The notes below the pieces were generated by a model. The model had not been told where the DNA came from, ran no database searches, and worked only from the letters and a program-made list of their open reading frames with translations. Made by a program: the position numbers and the translations under genes. A stretch of DNA of 63,022 nucleotides, counting the filler, from Choristocarpus tenellus KU-1152 (lineage: Eukaryota; Protista; Phaeophyceae), in assembly GCA_964200185.2 (NCBI GenBank). It is 12 parts of 12 records of this genome, joined end to end, with 100 filler letters (N's around TTAATTAATTAA, not from the genome) between each part and the next. Parts side by side here need not be neighbours in the genome. Positions count along the whole stretch, not along the records: positions 1 to 3,818 come from CAXNAD020017756.1; positions 3,919 to 6,652 come from CAXNAD020025210.1; positions 6,753 to 9,401 come from CAXNAD020025970.1; positions 9,502 to 17,749 come from CAXNAD020004939.1; 8 more parts are not named here. One strand, written 5' to 3'. Below are positions 1 through 11,519 of this stretch, piece by piece (the stretch's first letter is position 1; each line of letters begins with the position of its first letter).

Positions 1-69
1 CAAAAATCGCGACATGAAAAAATTGACCCAAAATGGACAGCCGCTACCCCCTCCCAGATAGTTTGAGCC
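1..69 (-). mobile_element. MITE family A, partial copy (truncated by window start)
   Basis: Reverse complement of the left part of the full copy at 420-600; ends ...CCCCTCCCAGATAGTTTGAGCC. Confidence 0.85.
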
Positions 70-419
70 TACACTCTTCTCGCTGTGCCCTGTCTCAGAC
101 ACAACAAGTTATCCTTGGTCAAAGCCCTGCCTACAGACCTAACCCTGAACTCTGTTCATTCTCACCCTGGCTTCACAATGCCAGGTCCTTCCCAACAGCT
201 ACCCAGACGTCAGATGCTAGAAATATATTTCCGAAATTTTTCTAATCTCAGCACCTCCCATCCCTGCACTCATCATCTCCTAATCTGTATCACTGCACAG
301 CATGTACGAGTATTTCAATTCCATGTCAACTAACGACAGTGAGGTTACCTTCAAACTTCTTTCCCTTCACCTTATTTGAACGTCCCTTTGCTTGGAGTCT
401 CTACACTATTTTTTTCTGA

Positions 420-600
420 GGCTCAAAGTATCTGGGAGGGGGTGGCGGCTGTCCATTTGAGGTCAATTTTTTCATATCGCGATTCTTGGGTGATTTGGTT
501 GCCATGCGTCGGATGGATAATGCAAATGCACTTTTCCCGATTTTGGTCCAAATGGACACCCTCGTGTAGACCCCCCCCACCACCCCAGATACTTTGGGTC
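420..600 (+). mobile_element. MITE family A, complete 181-bp copy with TIRs and 3-bp TSD
   Basis: Starts GGCTCAAAGTATCTGGG and ends CCCAGATACTTTGGGTC (imperfect TIR); flanked on both sides by TGA (417-419, 601-603); non-coding; at least 7 other partial copies in the window. Confidence 0.9.
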
Positions 601-1184
601 TGATTATGCTCGTCCAAGCATATCCTGCCACTCTTGTCCTTCTTGTACACCCTTGTTTGATGTGCTGTGATGTGATGTGCCTGCTGTGTCTGTCGCCCTT
701 CCCATCTCTATATATACACACAATCAGGTGTGTTGGATTGCGCCTTGAGGTCAAAGCACTCATGCCCATTCTGTGTGGGCGTGAGTGTCCAAGGCAGGTA
801 GATGTAGAAACGTCTTCATTTCCAGAATGCAAAAAAGATGTGGTTTCTGTCTCGTCACTGTTAAAGGATTTACAGTCGCATTCACAGCTGTGGCAGGAGA
901 ACGGTAGGTGGTGGGAAGGGCCTTGGGTACTGGGGTATGACCTTGGATGTGAGGAGTTCCAGGCACTTGTGGGACCAAGGATATGCTGGGGCGATCCCTT
1001 GGAGGTGAGAAGTCATTGGAAGTGGGCAGAGAAATAGTGCAGCACTAGTCAGAGAAGAAGTATAGTTGTAAGGGAAGGCTGCTGAACTCAGTTCCTAGTT
1101 TATTCTCTTTCCACGGAAGGTATGGGTGCAACGGACCATGTCGATTTAGAGGACTATGCAAGAAGGCGCACCAGTTACTGAGCC

Positions 1185-1444
1185 GAGTGAAATTATCTTA
1201 GAGGGTACGAATTTTGCCCTGTTTGTCCAATTGTGGGGCTTGGCTTCCCATGGGTTTTATTATGACATTTTCCGACTCCAAAATGTTTCGGAGTAGGTAA
1301 AAGGTATACCTTATGAACGGTGTGTCCGAAACATAGATATTGACAGTTCCTAACAAACACGATAGTCAAAATTACATCAAAATCATAACATTGTATTTTG
1401 ACCCCCAAATGGACACGGCTCTACCCTCTAAGATACTTTGGCTC
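1185..1444 (+). mobile_element. MITE family B, complete 260-bp copy
   Basis: TIR GAGTGAAATTATCTTAGAGGGTA ... TACCCTCTAAGATACTTTGGCTC; clearly homologous to 10659-10918 and 62807-63022; flanked by AGCC on both sides. Confidence 0.9.
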
Positions 1445-1599
1445 AGCCGAAGTAAACAAGAGGTACCCAGGTTTGGTCGTTTGCATGTTCAATATGTTTT
1501 GCAATCTTTTGCAAATTCACCCGTGATATGCGGGATTGAGTTCTAAGTTTTACTTGAGAAGTGTTCATTCTTCTGTATTGTTTCAATTTTTTCTGACAG

Positions 1600-2700
1600 A
1601 ATTAAGAAAATATGCTGTACACATTTGTGGGAAAAATTTAGAAACACCCACCATGTAGAAGAGGGAAAATGAAGGTTCTTAAATTGATCCCAAAACTGCA
1701 TCGAGTTATGTGCTCTGCTGTGCAATCTCGTTCTGGAGCACATCTTCCAATTGGGCCCATGTCCCCAAGTTCATTCATCAAGGTTCTGATGTATGAGGGG
1801 ATTGTCTGTGACTACCTCAAGTAAATGAGGTTTCGTTCAGTATGTGTTAATGATTTTGGCCTGGTTTATCGAGACTATCATCATGAGAAAGAACCAGGGA
1901 AGTAAATGGAGGTATCTGCAAACCAGGATGAGGGAGAAGTTATTGTGTATTAGACTCGAGAATGTGAGTCTTGCTATTGATTTGAAGGACCCAAAAAGTG
2001 ATGTGATATCCTATGTTCCAGAGTAGAAGGAATCTGTAGAAGGCACCGTCGATCTACCTCCATAATGGAAAAGAGCTTGTGCTCAGAGTATATCACAAGA
2101 CACTCGTGTGTATCCTTTGCTGACTTGACCCAAACTTTGTGCACCTCAGGCACAAAAAAGAATTTTGTGCCTATGTTGCTTTCTAGCAACAACAACATAC
2201 ACACAAAAGTCCCTCCAGGGCAGCTACTTGTCCTTCTTCACTCAACCTCCAATACTACTACTGTCAGCTACCTTCCCTCACAATTGTACCTCGACCCTTG
2301 AAACCTGGCCGAGGGTCTTAGGATACCAAGCCCGTTCAAGAGATGGAAGAGCTTTGGGGAGACTGGCTCTCATCCCTGTGGCACCGTCTTTGCCCGCTTT
2401 CTATCCGCCACATAAGCACTCCATACTGCAGTCCAAAACCGACACAGGCGCAGCAGGGGGAAGGGGATAGTGCCAGTGTAGGCTCAATTCAAAGACATGA
2501 TGGTACAGATAGGAATAACTTCCTGGTCCATGGAGTTGTTACTCATGCTGCTGAAGGCACCACTGACTCTTCCTTCCCTGGAAGCTCAGAAGCAGGAGGA
2601 CTTCAAAAATATGTGGTGGCGGAAAGAGAGAGAAAGCTGGGGCTTGACAGGGCTCTCCTGAGGGTGGGGGTGAGGGTCCCTTGGGGGCGACCACATCGAG
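1600..2700 (-). mobile_element. Heavily decayed pogo/Tigger-like (DDE_1) transposase remnant
   Basis: Broken minus-strand frames give PRPGFKG, CLVIYSEHK (cf. LLIYDGHKSH) and *DITSLFGSFK (cf. QPLDVxxFGPFK) in the expected order; many stops and frameshifts; boundaries approximate. Confidence 0.4.
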
Positions 2701-3731
2701 GACGAACTGCCAAGGTGAGCGCAGGATCTAAAGTGATCCTGGCAGTCAACCAAGCAAAGGGTTTAGAGTGGAAATTTGAATGCAAGAGAACTTTAAGAGT
2801 AATTTTTAAGGCAGTGAGCCAAAGCAAACGAAAGGGCGTACAGGTATTGGTCGTTTCGCATTTTAGGTCAACTTTTTTATTCTCCTGCAATTCACCCTCG
2901 TTTCTATGAATGGCGTGCTAAGAATGACTTGAAAGTGGTGATTTCTCTACTGCTTGGAAGTCTTGGACAGAATTCAGAAAGTTCCCTACACGCACTTGAG
3001 CAAAAAAAACGAATTTGCACGTAGTTATCAACATCATTAAAGTGCAACACCGGGCACCTCTTGTTTACTTCGGCCCAGTCCTTATTCATTGCGTTTATCA
3101 TTTATTTTCAAGTTCGACCAGAAATAATTTATTTTGAAAAGGAAGGGAAACTGTGTCCTTACTACTCCAGGAATCTCCAAAGTTTGAGTATTTCTGACCT
3201 CTTCATGTATAGCTTGTGATACTACAGTAGTCCATTTCGACATTCATTCCTTTCTCCTCTCTTATGTTGTTTTTGCAGCTTAGCCAAGAGTGTTGTCAAT
3301 GGGCAATCCCCTCGGGTTAATCCTGGTAACACTGACATATATCAGACACACAGGGGCTGCTCCATTGATGCTACTCCAGCACGTAGTACAAATTACACCC
3401 ACAGTAGATTGGCAGTTCTCTTTCTTGGTTTACTTCCAGATATCGTGGTACATATTCTGTTATCTCATTCCTCCTCAAAGCAGTAATTGGCTAGGGAGAC
3501 TACATGAAGATTACATTTGATTGATAGCATGGCTGAATATCCTAACCCACACTACCCTTTCCTAGAGTTTTGAATTGTAGCGATTCAATCACTATGACTT
3601 GACTTACTCGCAATTGATCAAAACAGGAAATTAGAGGGTAATCTTCTATTGGTTATTCTCACACCAGTGTGTGCTGGCACTCTACTCCCGAATATTGGTG
3701 AATTGCATGCCTTGACTCATGCGCTGTATAT

Positions 3732-3818
3732 GACCCAAAGTATCTGGGAGGGGGGGGAGGTCTACACCAGGGTGTCCATTTGGACCAAAATAAGGAAAAG
3801 TGCATTTACAGTATCCAT
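3732..3818 (-). mobile_element. MITE family A, partial copy at contig end
   Basis: GACCCAAAGTATCTGGGAGGG...GTGTCCATTTGGACCAAAAT is the reverse complement of the right end of 420-600. Confidence 0.85.
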
Positions 3819-3918
3819 NNNNNNNNNNNNNNNNNNNNNNNNNNNNNNNNNNNNNNNNNNNNTTAATTAATTAANNNNNNNNNNNNNNNNNNNNNNNNNN
3901 NNNNNNNNNNNNNNNNNN
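3819..3918. other. Artificial contig-joining linker (first of 11)
   Basis: 44 N + TTAATTAATTAA (stops in all six frames) + 44 N. Same 100-bp structure at 6653-6752, 9402-9501, 17750-17849, 26490-26589, 35147-35246, 37880-37979, 42772-42871, 47783-47882, 53129-53228 and 60055-60154. Confidence 0.97.
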
Positions 3919-3977
3919 CCCAAAGCGGAGGCGGCGGTGTTCCGCAGCTTTCTTCCTCCCCCCCCCCCCCCCCCCCC

Positions 3978-4581
3978 CGGGTGTTAAGAAAGACTTTAAA
4001 GGAGATAGTTATCAAAGGTCAAGAGCATTTTGAGAGTATGCTGGAGAAAACAAAATATCTTTACACTCCAGTCCAAGAAGGTGATGCCAGAGTAAGGCCA
4101 GAACTATACACACGCAGAAACTGATAACTTGATTGCCTTTTGGTTGCACTTACAGATCAGACCGTGTGCGTCTCTGTGTGTTTCACTTGTAGAGTTGGAG
4201 TCTGTCTTTTTTTTTTAATCTGGTGGAAGATATCACAAGCCACAGCAGGCAACTTGTGCATAATACCTGATGGTAGTGGATGTAATACTGGGGTGGATGT
4301 ATCCCCCACTGAGTGAATCCGAGACACTGTATCCTCTGCCGTCTTGCTTCTTGTCCATTACATGTGTATATATTATATGTAGTGTCTCCCCTCCCTATGA
4401 TGAAAAGAAGTCTTGTCAAACCAAATGGGAAAAAAAGAAAAGAAATACTATAATAGTGAATACGTTTGTTGGTTAACATCTTTGATTCCGGATCGACAAC
4501 TCGTTGGCCTCTGTCCTGTGTCTCCAGGAAATACTTGCTGCCAAGAACCTACTGGCACAAATTGTGGGGGATCTAGATAAG
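3978..4581 (+). CDS. Tentative internal exons of an unknown helical protein (partial)
   Basis: Open frame RVLRKTLKEIVIKGQEHFESMLEK...EGDAR ending at a GTAAGG donor (~4092), and a clean phase-0 exon 4528-4581 (tctccag|EILAAKNLLAQIVGDLDK|gtgagg). Weak resemblance to a BAG-type helix is my impression only. Confidence 0.35.
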
Positions 4582-6482
4582 GTGAGGCCAGTATGCCTAC
4601 ACGTATATTGTCTTCTTTTTCCTCCTCTCATGCCCAACCCTGTCTATGATGCCCCCCTCCCCCCCCCTGCCCCAGTGTGCATTTTTGTTTTTTTCATTAC
4701 GTGCGTTTGTTCCTACAATCTTAGTGATTGTACTGTTACACATTGAGGTGGCCAAGGCGTTGATTAAAGGATTTATAGATGTAGTACTATGTATGGGAGG
4801 ATCTAGGATGGTTCATTATTTGATTTCTTAGTGCACTAGGGTGCAGTAACCTCTCTAGCGGTAAGAACGAAGAGACAGATACATGCTGAGAACAGATATT
4901 CAATCTGTCCAAAGTACAACATATCTGCTGTCTGTTTTTTGCATTACATTCATAGGTAAGTTGATGTTACAGTTACAAGCGTTGTCGTTCCATGCCCCCC
5001 CACCCCCACCCCTATGCCGTCTCATGCTCCTTTGCACCCACCACATTTATGCCACTCAGTTCATATAGTATATATATATATCCCCTGCAATGTATTCCCC
5101 CCGCCTCCTGCCTCTCTGTCATGTGTTCCCCAATGTAACAGTTTCAATTCAACAAGGTGGACTCTGTTCTCACAGCGGGTCTTACTAGTGGGAGGGATGC
5201 GGTGAGTAATTAAAAATGAAATTTATACTATTGATAACATAATTGGGGGTTCGGGATACGTGGGTAGGGGTTCTCCTAAATGGATTCAAGAGTGGCGTTT
5301 CCTGTCTTACAGGGCGTTCACTGCTTTCAGTGTACCCTTTAGGGAAGATCAGTGTATGGCATGTATTGTTGTTGCTTGGGGGAGGTAGCGTATGGATCGA
5401 ATTTTTCTTTGAGTTTTTTTTTGTTTTTTTACAGATTCCTCCCATTATCCTCATTAGTACCATTAATAGTTTGGTAGTGTATTCAACACGGATTGAGTAT
5501 GTGGGAATGTGATACCTGCTCACACTCACACGCACACGCACGATGCTTATTACTTAGTTTCCTCTGTAAGACTCGCATGTTAAATTGATGTCAACATCCG
5601 TACCCTCTCCAGAGGGTATGCCCAGAGGGTAGATACGTGTGTTGCACATGTGGTACATGTTGACATGTGATACGAACTGCGAGGCGTTTGAGAACAAGGC
5701 ATGCATGCCTGTCTGTGATGAGATGCCCTTGGTTCGGGAAGGCCTCGTCCTGACTCCGCCACCTTTGTTGTAAAAAATATAGTTTTGTGTCGTGGATACC
5801 ATGTCCATTTTGCAACTGGGGGATCTGTTAATGGTATGCATCTCGCGGTGTGTTTTTAGTTGGTTGTACAAGTGCCCGTGCTGCACTTTCGTTGGGTTTT
5901 TTTTCTAATTTGGCTATACGCTTACGTAACACGCCTCCTGTGATTTTTTACCCCAATTTGTCGAGTTTGTGTTGTGTGTGGGAATTACGTGTCGATTATG
6001 GTACCACATCCAGATGAATGCTCCGCCCCCCACCTACACTAAAGATTCATTTTTATTTTTAGTTTAAACGCATCTTTGTTTTATTTTTGTGTGTGTACAA
6101 CTAATGTGTGTGTGTGTATCAAAGGTACATAGTGTAGATGTGACCTATAAATATGCATTATCAATGTTGCGGATTGTGTTTAAGCGACCCCATTGGTATG
6201 GTGCAGTTCAAACTGAATGCCTTGCCTCTCATCGAAGTTGGTCGCCTGTTGTATCCCAGTTGAAGGAGCTGCAGTGTGCTGCTGTATGTGTATAGCCCAG
6301 CTGATTTCCCGCCAGGCAGCTGCATGCTTGTCCTATGTGGGGAAATACTGTGTGCGTTATCGGACAGGTTGTCTAAGGAGTTACAACGCAAGTGTTGATT
6401 GGTTGACTGTTGGGTTCGACCTTGGCATTATTGTTGTTCCATCCAAAGCACCCGGCCGACCACCTAACCCTAACCCTATCCC

Positions 6483-6528
<46 letters not shown>

Positions 6529-6829
6529 TTTTGAATATGATTTATTGTCGTAGCGATAAAATTATATAGTAATCACGTGATTTATCAGGTACTGTACATG
6601 ACCAAAGAGGCACAATGGGGGGGGGAAACAGTTGTGCCCATCTTATCCCCCCNNNNNNNNNNNNNNNNNNNNNNNNNNNNNNNNNNNNNNNNNNNNTTAA
6701 TTAATTAANNNNNNNNNNNNNNNNNNNNNNNNNNNNNNNNNNNNNNNNNNNNCACTAACAACCAGTGCAGTGCACCAATCAACAGTTAGTACAAGCTGGT
6801 AGTATGTGTATCATATCAACAAGAAAAAA

Positions 6830-7790
6830 ATGAGTAGCCTATGTTTTAACATTGGATGATATTGGGGGCATGCCGAATCGCCACTGGATCAAACCCAAGC
6901 TTAAATCGTGGCAAAAGGTATGGAGAATGGACTTTGTTTGCGGTCAAGTGGACAGGAAGCGTGGTGTGCATTCCTCCGTGGCAAACACGATCATGTGGAT
7001 GAAACCTGATTTTAAGTGATGGCTGATGGGAAAAGGGTTAGGATATTTCCACATGAGGATGACAACGACCTTCCAGAATCCCCTACTGTGCAGCACAAGT
7101 CATATCCCCAAAACCATGAATATTGCAGCCAACGCCCGCCCAGATTTGACTCACAGCTTTGATGGAGCTTGATGTTTGGCGTGTGTGTGCGTCAAAAACG
7201 GCAGACAGAACAAGCATAGAACCATAAAAAGGGGGATGTGTATGAGCAGGACTGTACTATACATCATTTGTGGTACAGGAAGTAGTACGTGGAGGAGGTA
7301 CTGCCTGCAATCAAGATCAAGATGCTGTGGTTGCAGGGGAAGCACGTTGTCGTTCAGCAAGACGGTGCAACCCCCCACACGGGCAAGGGCCACTTAGAAA
7401 TCTTGTCAGGAGCAGGGAAGACTGAGGGGTGGTCGATTAGGCTTGTGACGCAGCCATCTAACTCCCCCGATCTCAATTTATCATGGACCTGTGCTTCTTC
7501 AGGTCTTTGAAATGCGGGGTGATGGGGGAACGGTTTAGGTCCGTCGAGGAGATGGTGAAGGTCATTAAGAAACAGTTGAGGAGTATGATGAAACTACACT
7601 TGGGAGGGCTTGGTAGCTCCTTTTCGTGGTGTACAAATTAAAGTACTTAGATACAAAGGGGGAAATGACTTCATTATGGAGCATACAGGGGTAAGGAAGA
7701 GGCAGTTGTGTGATGAATTTGAAAACACAATGAAGGTAGACATGGAGGCTTTTTCTGTGGCTGATAAAATTGTGATGGATGGGGAGTAAT
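6830..7790 (+). mobile_element. Decayed Tc1/mariner transposase related to the plant/oomycete DD39D group (here DD40D)
   Basis: Motifs VQHKSxIPKTM, EEVLPAIKIKMLWL, VQQDGATPHTGKG, LVTQPSNSPDLN..DLCFFRSLK, YKGGNDF; frameshifts and stops. A TIR-like segment (CTCTGACATTTTGCAG) at ~7960 recurs at ~14973 and ~51530. Confidence 0.85.
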
Positions 7791-8159
7791 AATAATAAAG
7801 AGAGCTGACCCTAACCAGAAATTGGTCAAGGATTCCAAGTCTTTCAGAAATCAATTTCATCGATATCTTCAAAAGTTATGGACAACGCGGAACAGACTTG
7901 TGGCACAGAGGTAGTACTATTGGGCGATTATATTACTACGTAGTATATATTATTATGTCCCTCTGACATTTTGCAGTTGTGTCTGGGGAAAAACCAATGG
8001 AAACTATCCACATACCAGAAAAATCCCTTAAAAAGTAACAGTCGTCATAAACGTGGAAAACATTATATATTTTCTATTTTACTACCAGCTATGCTGTACC
8101 ACTGCCTTCCTGTGTCTCCAACCTAGCTTAGTCCTGCACCCCAGGGTGAGGAGCTAGGG

Positions 8160-9362
8160 AAGCATCCCAAGAATCTAACAAGCCCCTCCTTGCCCATCTC
8201 CCTGGTGTCTCCAGCTTTAAATGCATGACACACGTCTAGACAAGGCCCACCTACGTTGTAGCAGAGACTATTTGTCGTGGGCGGGATTTGGCCGGCCCTT
8301 TCCTGCTGTAGTCTCCCGTCCCTCTCCCCTCTATCATGTGCATAGCTAGCTCATTCAGGAAACGTTACGCTTGCTTACTGAGGCGCCCAAGACTTTACCT
8401 TGGTGTTGAGGTTATAACTACGAGGATCAAAAGAGGCCTCATAGTGGATGCACTTTCGCACCTCAGCTGCAACAGCAGCTACACGACTGCTGGTGGATGA
8501 ATGGGGCAGGTGAGATGCTGCCTGCACTTCTGCAAACGTAATATCCAGGAGGAGGCCTTTATCTCGGTAGGGAGCTGATCCGGTGTCTGCAAGTGCACCA
8601 GCATGGAAGACCAGATCCATGCGGAAATTCCTATCAACAGTAAATGGGCTGCTGTCCTCCAAAGTGCAAGGGGTGTTCATTCCTTTGCAAAGTTGCTCCA
8701 GACGCTTTACCATCGGCGGGACCCTAGGGCAGGTGCGGGCATGTCTGGTATCTATATTTTGTCTCCTGCAACCAGTTACTGGGCGCCTGTTCCTTAGGGC
8801 CTCCTCTCTCTCTAGGGATCTGTTGGTGGTTATCTGTTAGTTTAAACTCGACGGGGGGGATCTGGCATGCCAGTGCCAGGGGTTGTGTTGAGGCCCATGC
8901 ATTTGCCCCTTGTCCACATTGGCTCCGTTGGTGTGCCAGGGCTAGCAAGGAACGTTCCTTCCCTTGCTGCACTTCATCAGGAAAGGTGACTGGTTGCGTT
9001 CAGAAAGAGTTGAAGCGGATCCTGTTTAGGAGTTGAGTGATCTCATGTTGTGCTCTCCTTGTAATCCTGGCATCATGAGCTACCAACGTGTGGACCTCTG
9101 TGGCCGGTGTGGGGGATGTTGTTCCCCCCGGTATACCCAGCTTTGGCCAATATTTTCTGCTTTAGGTCTACTGAGGGGACTCCTGTAGAGAGGAGGGTGT
9201 GGATGGATGATCCCAGGGCCCATACTGTGGGGCCCGCACAGATGGCTTATGATAAAGACTCGCCATGAGACCCTTGCTATCTTGCGAGGAGGTTGGGGAG
9301 AGTGGCCACTAGTGCTCCTCCGAAGGCTGCATGTTGGTGGTGCTTCATAGAGGAGAGGCCCA
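8160..9362 (-). mobile_element. Non-LTR retrotransposon (LINE) 3' region with restriction-like endonuclease, decayed
   Basis: Minus strand reads LGLSSMKHHQHAAFGG (post-RT GLGL motif), then PFTVDRNFRMDLVF...GLLLDITFAEVQA...AEVRKCIHY (PD-(D/E)xK-like RLE). The 3' end shares AAGCTGGAGACACCAGGGAGATGGGCAAGGAGGG with ~43037-43070. Confidence 0.75.
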
Positions 9363-9401
9363 GGCTCAAAGTATCTGGGAGGGGGTGGCGGCTGTCCATT
9401 T
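9363..9401 (+). mobile_element. MITE family A left end inserted into the LINE relic (contig break)
   Basis: GGCTCAAAGTATCTGGGAGGGGGTGGCGGCTGTCCATTT identical to 420-458; a right end (CCCAGATACTTTGGGCC) starts the next contig at 9502-9525. Confidence 0.85.
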
Positions 9402-10092
9402 NNNNNNNNNNNNNNNNNNNNNNNNNNNNNNNNNNNNNNNNNNNNTTAATTAATTAANNNNNNNNNNNNNNNNNNNNNNNNNNNNNNNNNNNNNNNNNNN
9501 NCCCCCCTCCCAGATACTTTGGGCCACATCCCCGTTCTCTTTTCGTGTGCCAATTGTCCTTTTATTTCCCAGGTTCAGACATGTCTGGCTCACAGAGTTT
9601 GCAGAGTCGAAGTAATTTCTGATCCACAGATTCCTCAAGGAATCAATGATTAAGAGAGGCTCCAACCCAGTACCGCACCTCCCTAAAATTCTTGCAACAA
9701 CTGTGTCCATCCACCGAACACCGAGGCAGGGTCAGAGAACGTTTTCACATTCGGTCTTCCACTTGTGGCAGATCCCGTTCCAGGTCGAGATCCCGGAACA
9801 GGCACTCTAAACGAGACGTACAGAGGACCAGAGAGTAATGCAGAGGTCAAACCCGTTCACCTAGATGTTGTCGTTGAATCAGATATTCTTCTACACCCAG
9901 GTCTGTATCACCAAGGCCATTTCGGAGGGAAAAGCTGATCACATTACGTTGGCACAGAGAGGTGGAAGCACAGTTACGAAGTGAAATTAGTGAGTTGCGT
10001 GTATAGGCTGAATCGAATGATTCTCAATCCAGTAGACAGGAGCAAGACAGAACCTCTCGAAATCTCGATATGTGTTACCACCAAGACTGTCT

Positions 10093-10261
10093 GAGTGAAA
10101 TTATTTTAGAGGGTGCAGCCGCGTCCATTTGGGGGGCCAAAATCCAATATCCTTGTTCTGGATACACCTTTTCGGAAAGGAAAATGACTTAAAAAACTGG
10201 TGGGAAGCAAGCCCCAAACCGGCAAACAGGTCAAAACTCGTTCCTCTAAGATACTTAACTC
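10093..10261 (-). mobile_element. MITE family B, internally deleted copy in reverse orientation
   Basis: Both TIRs present (GAGTGAAATTATTTTAGAGGGT ... CCTCTAAGATACTTAACTC); internal GGGAAGCAAGCCCCAAA..CAAACAGG matches the reverse complement of 1185-1444. Confidence 0.8.
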
Positions 10262-11230
10262 AGCCCAAATCATTGATGTTGAGATCTTGTGACTGCACTG
10301 GCTGCATCACGAGCTTAATGTTCCAATCCTCCTCCATCTCTGCTGCGTTCAGCTTCTGCACCGTAACATTGCCCGTATGTGAGGCCACGTCGTCCTACTG
10401 CATGGAGGCCCCCCCTGATTCTAGTCACGGAACGTTTTCCTTCACCGCTGGCGATAGGTGCTCCGTGTACCACTTCAGGTACTACTTGGCATCAAAAGTG
10501 ACATTGACCTTGTACTCCTCACCCTTTGTGTGCCGCACTGTAGTCTGTTGCGACTCCCTCATGACGCAAACCTGCCAGATCTTAATCTTGCCGTCGAAAT
10601 CATGGGAAGGATCCAGGCTTGAAATGGTGGAGATAAAAATCACTTTGGGAATGTGACTGAGTGAAAGTGTCTTAGAGGGTACGAGTTTTGCCGTGTTTGT
10701 CCATTTGGGGCTTGGCTTCCCACAGATTTTTTATGACATTTTACCTACTCTGAAATGTTTCGGAGTAGGTAAAATGTATTTGTCATGAAAAGGTGTGTTT
10801 GGAACAAGGGTATTGACACTTTCTAACAAACATGATCGCCAAAATTTCATCACAATCGAAACATGAGATTTGGCCCCCCCAAACGGAAGCGGCTCTACCC
10901 TCTAAGATACTTTGACTCACTCTTTTGCTGCAACTTCGTCAAGCTCATCTTTTCCTCCTATCTCTAACTGTTGTTGATGTGCACCCACACCCGTCTAGGG
11001 TGTCTCTCTCCCACCCCAAACTCTTTCGCCAATCTAAACCCCACACCCCTCAGGTGCCTCTCATGACGCAGAGGAAGAGCCAATGGATGTCACAGGGCAA
11101 GCGTGGTTCGACCTTCCGTGGTCAGCTCGCAGTTCTTCCCCCGAGACAGTGGGCTTTGTGCTGGGAATGAAGGACTGTGGGGGCTTGCTATGGGGGTTGT
11201 GAGAGTATTGTGCGGCTCCACGCTGCAGCA
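10262..11230 (-). mobile_element. Decayed mariner-like (DD40D) transposase interrupted by MITE B
   Basis: Reads LQQK|SHIPKVIFISTISSLDPSHDFDGKIKIW...Q*DDVASHTG...QPVQSQDLNINDLG; removing MITE B plus one TSD restores the frame. Confidence 0.85.
10659..10918 (+). mobile_element. MITE family B, complete 260-bp copy with 3-bp TSD (ACT)
   Basis: GAGTGAAAGTGTCTTAGAGGGTA ... TACCCTCTAAGATACTTTGACTC, flanked by ACT at 10656-10658 and 10919-10921. Confidence 0.92.
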
Positions 11231-11519
11231 GTTCATGAAAAAATGATAAGAATATGCCCCATTCTGTGTTTCATTCTTTGGGAATCATTTCAGAACAGAA
11301 TCCTTTATGGAATTCTTTGAAATTTAGTTTTTTAGTAAAATATTCCCAGTAATCCAACGCAGAGGTTCATTTTTTATCGCAAGTCATCTTGAAGAGCTGC
11401 AACTTAGCATCCCAGACTTATGAGGCAGAGGGAGTATGACCTCTTTGAGATAACTCAGATTTCAAAATGGATTGTTGCAGTAGATTCCTCAACGTTTTGG
11501 GGAATTAAATCAATTGTCA

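Noticed and set aside
620-1040. 147-aa and 143-aa overlapping ORFs; TPTQNG resembles an integrase motif
   Set aside because: A single weak motif and ORFs partly derived from MITE A; probably an old TE fragment but not supportable.
3863-3874. Regularly recurring TTAATTAATTAA palindrome, resembling a repeat array or recombination site
   Set aside because: Always centred in exactly 44+44 Ns; a synthetic six-frame-stop linker.
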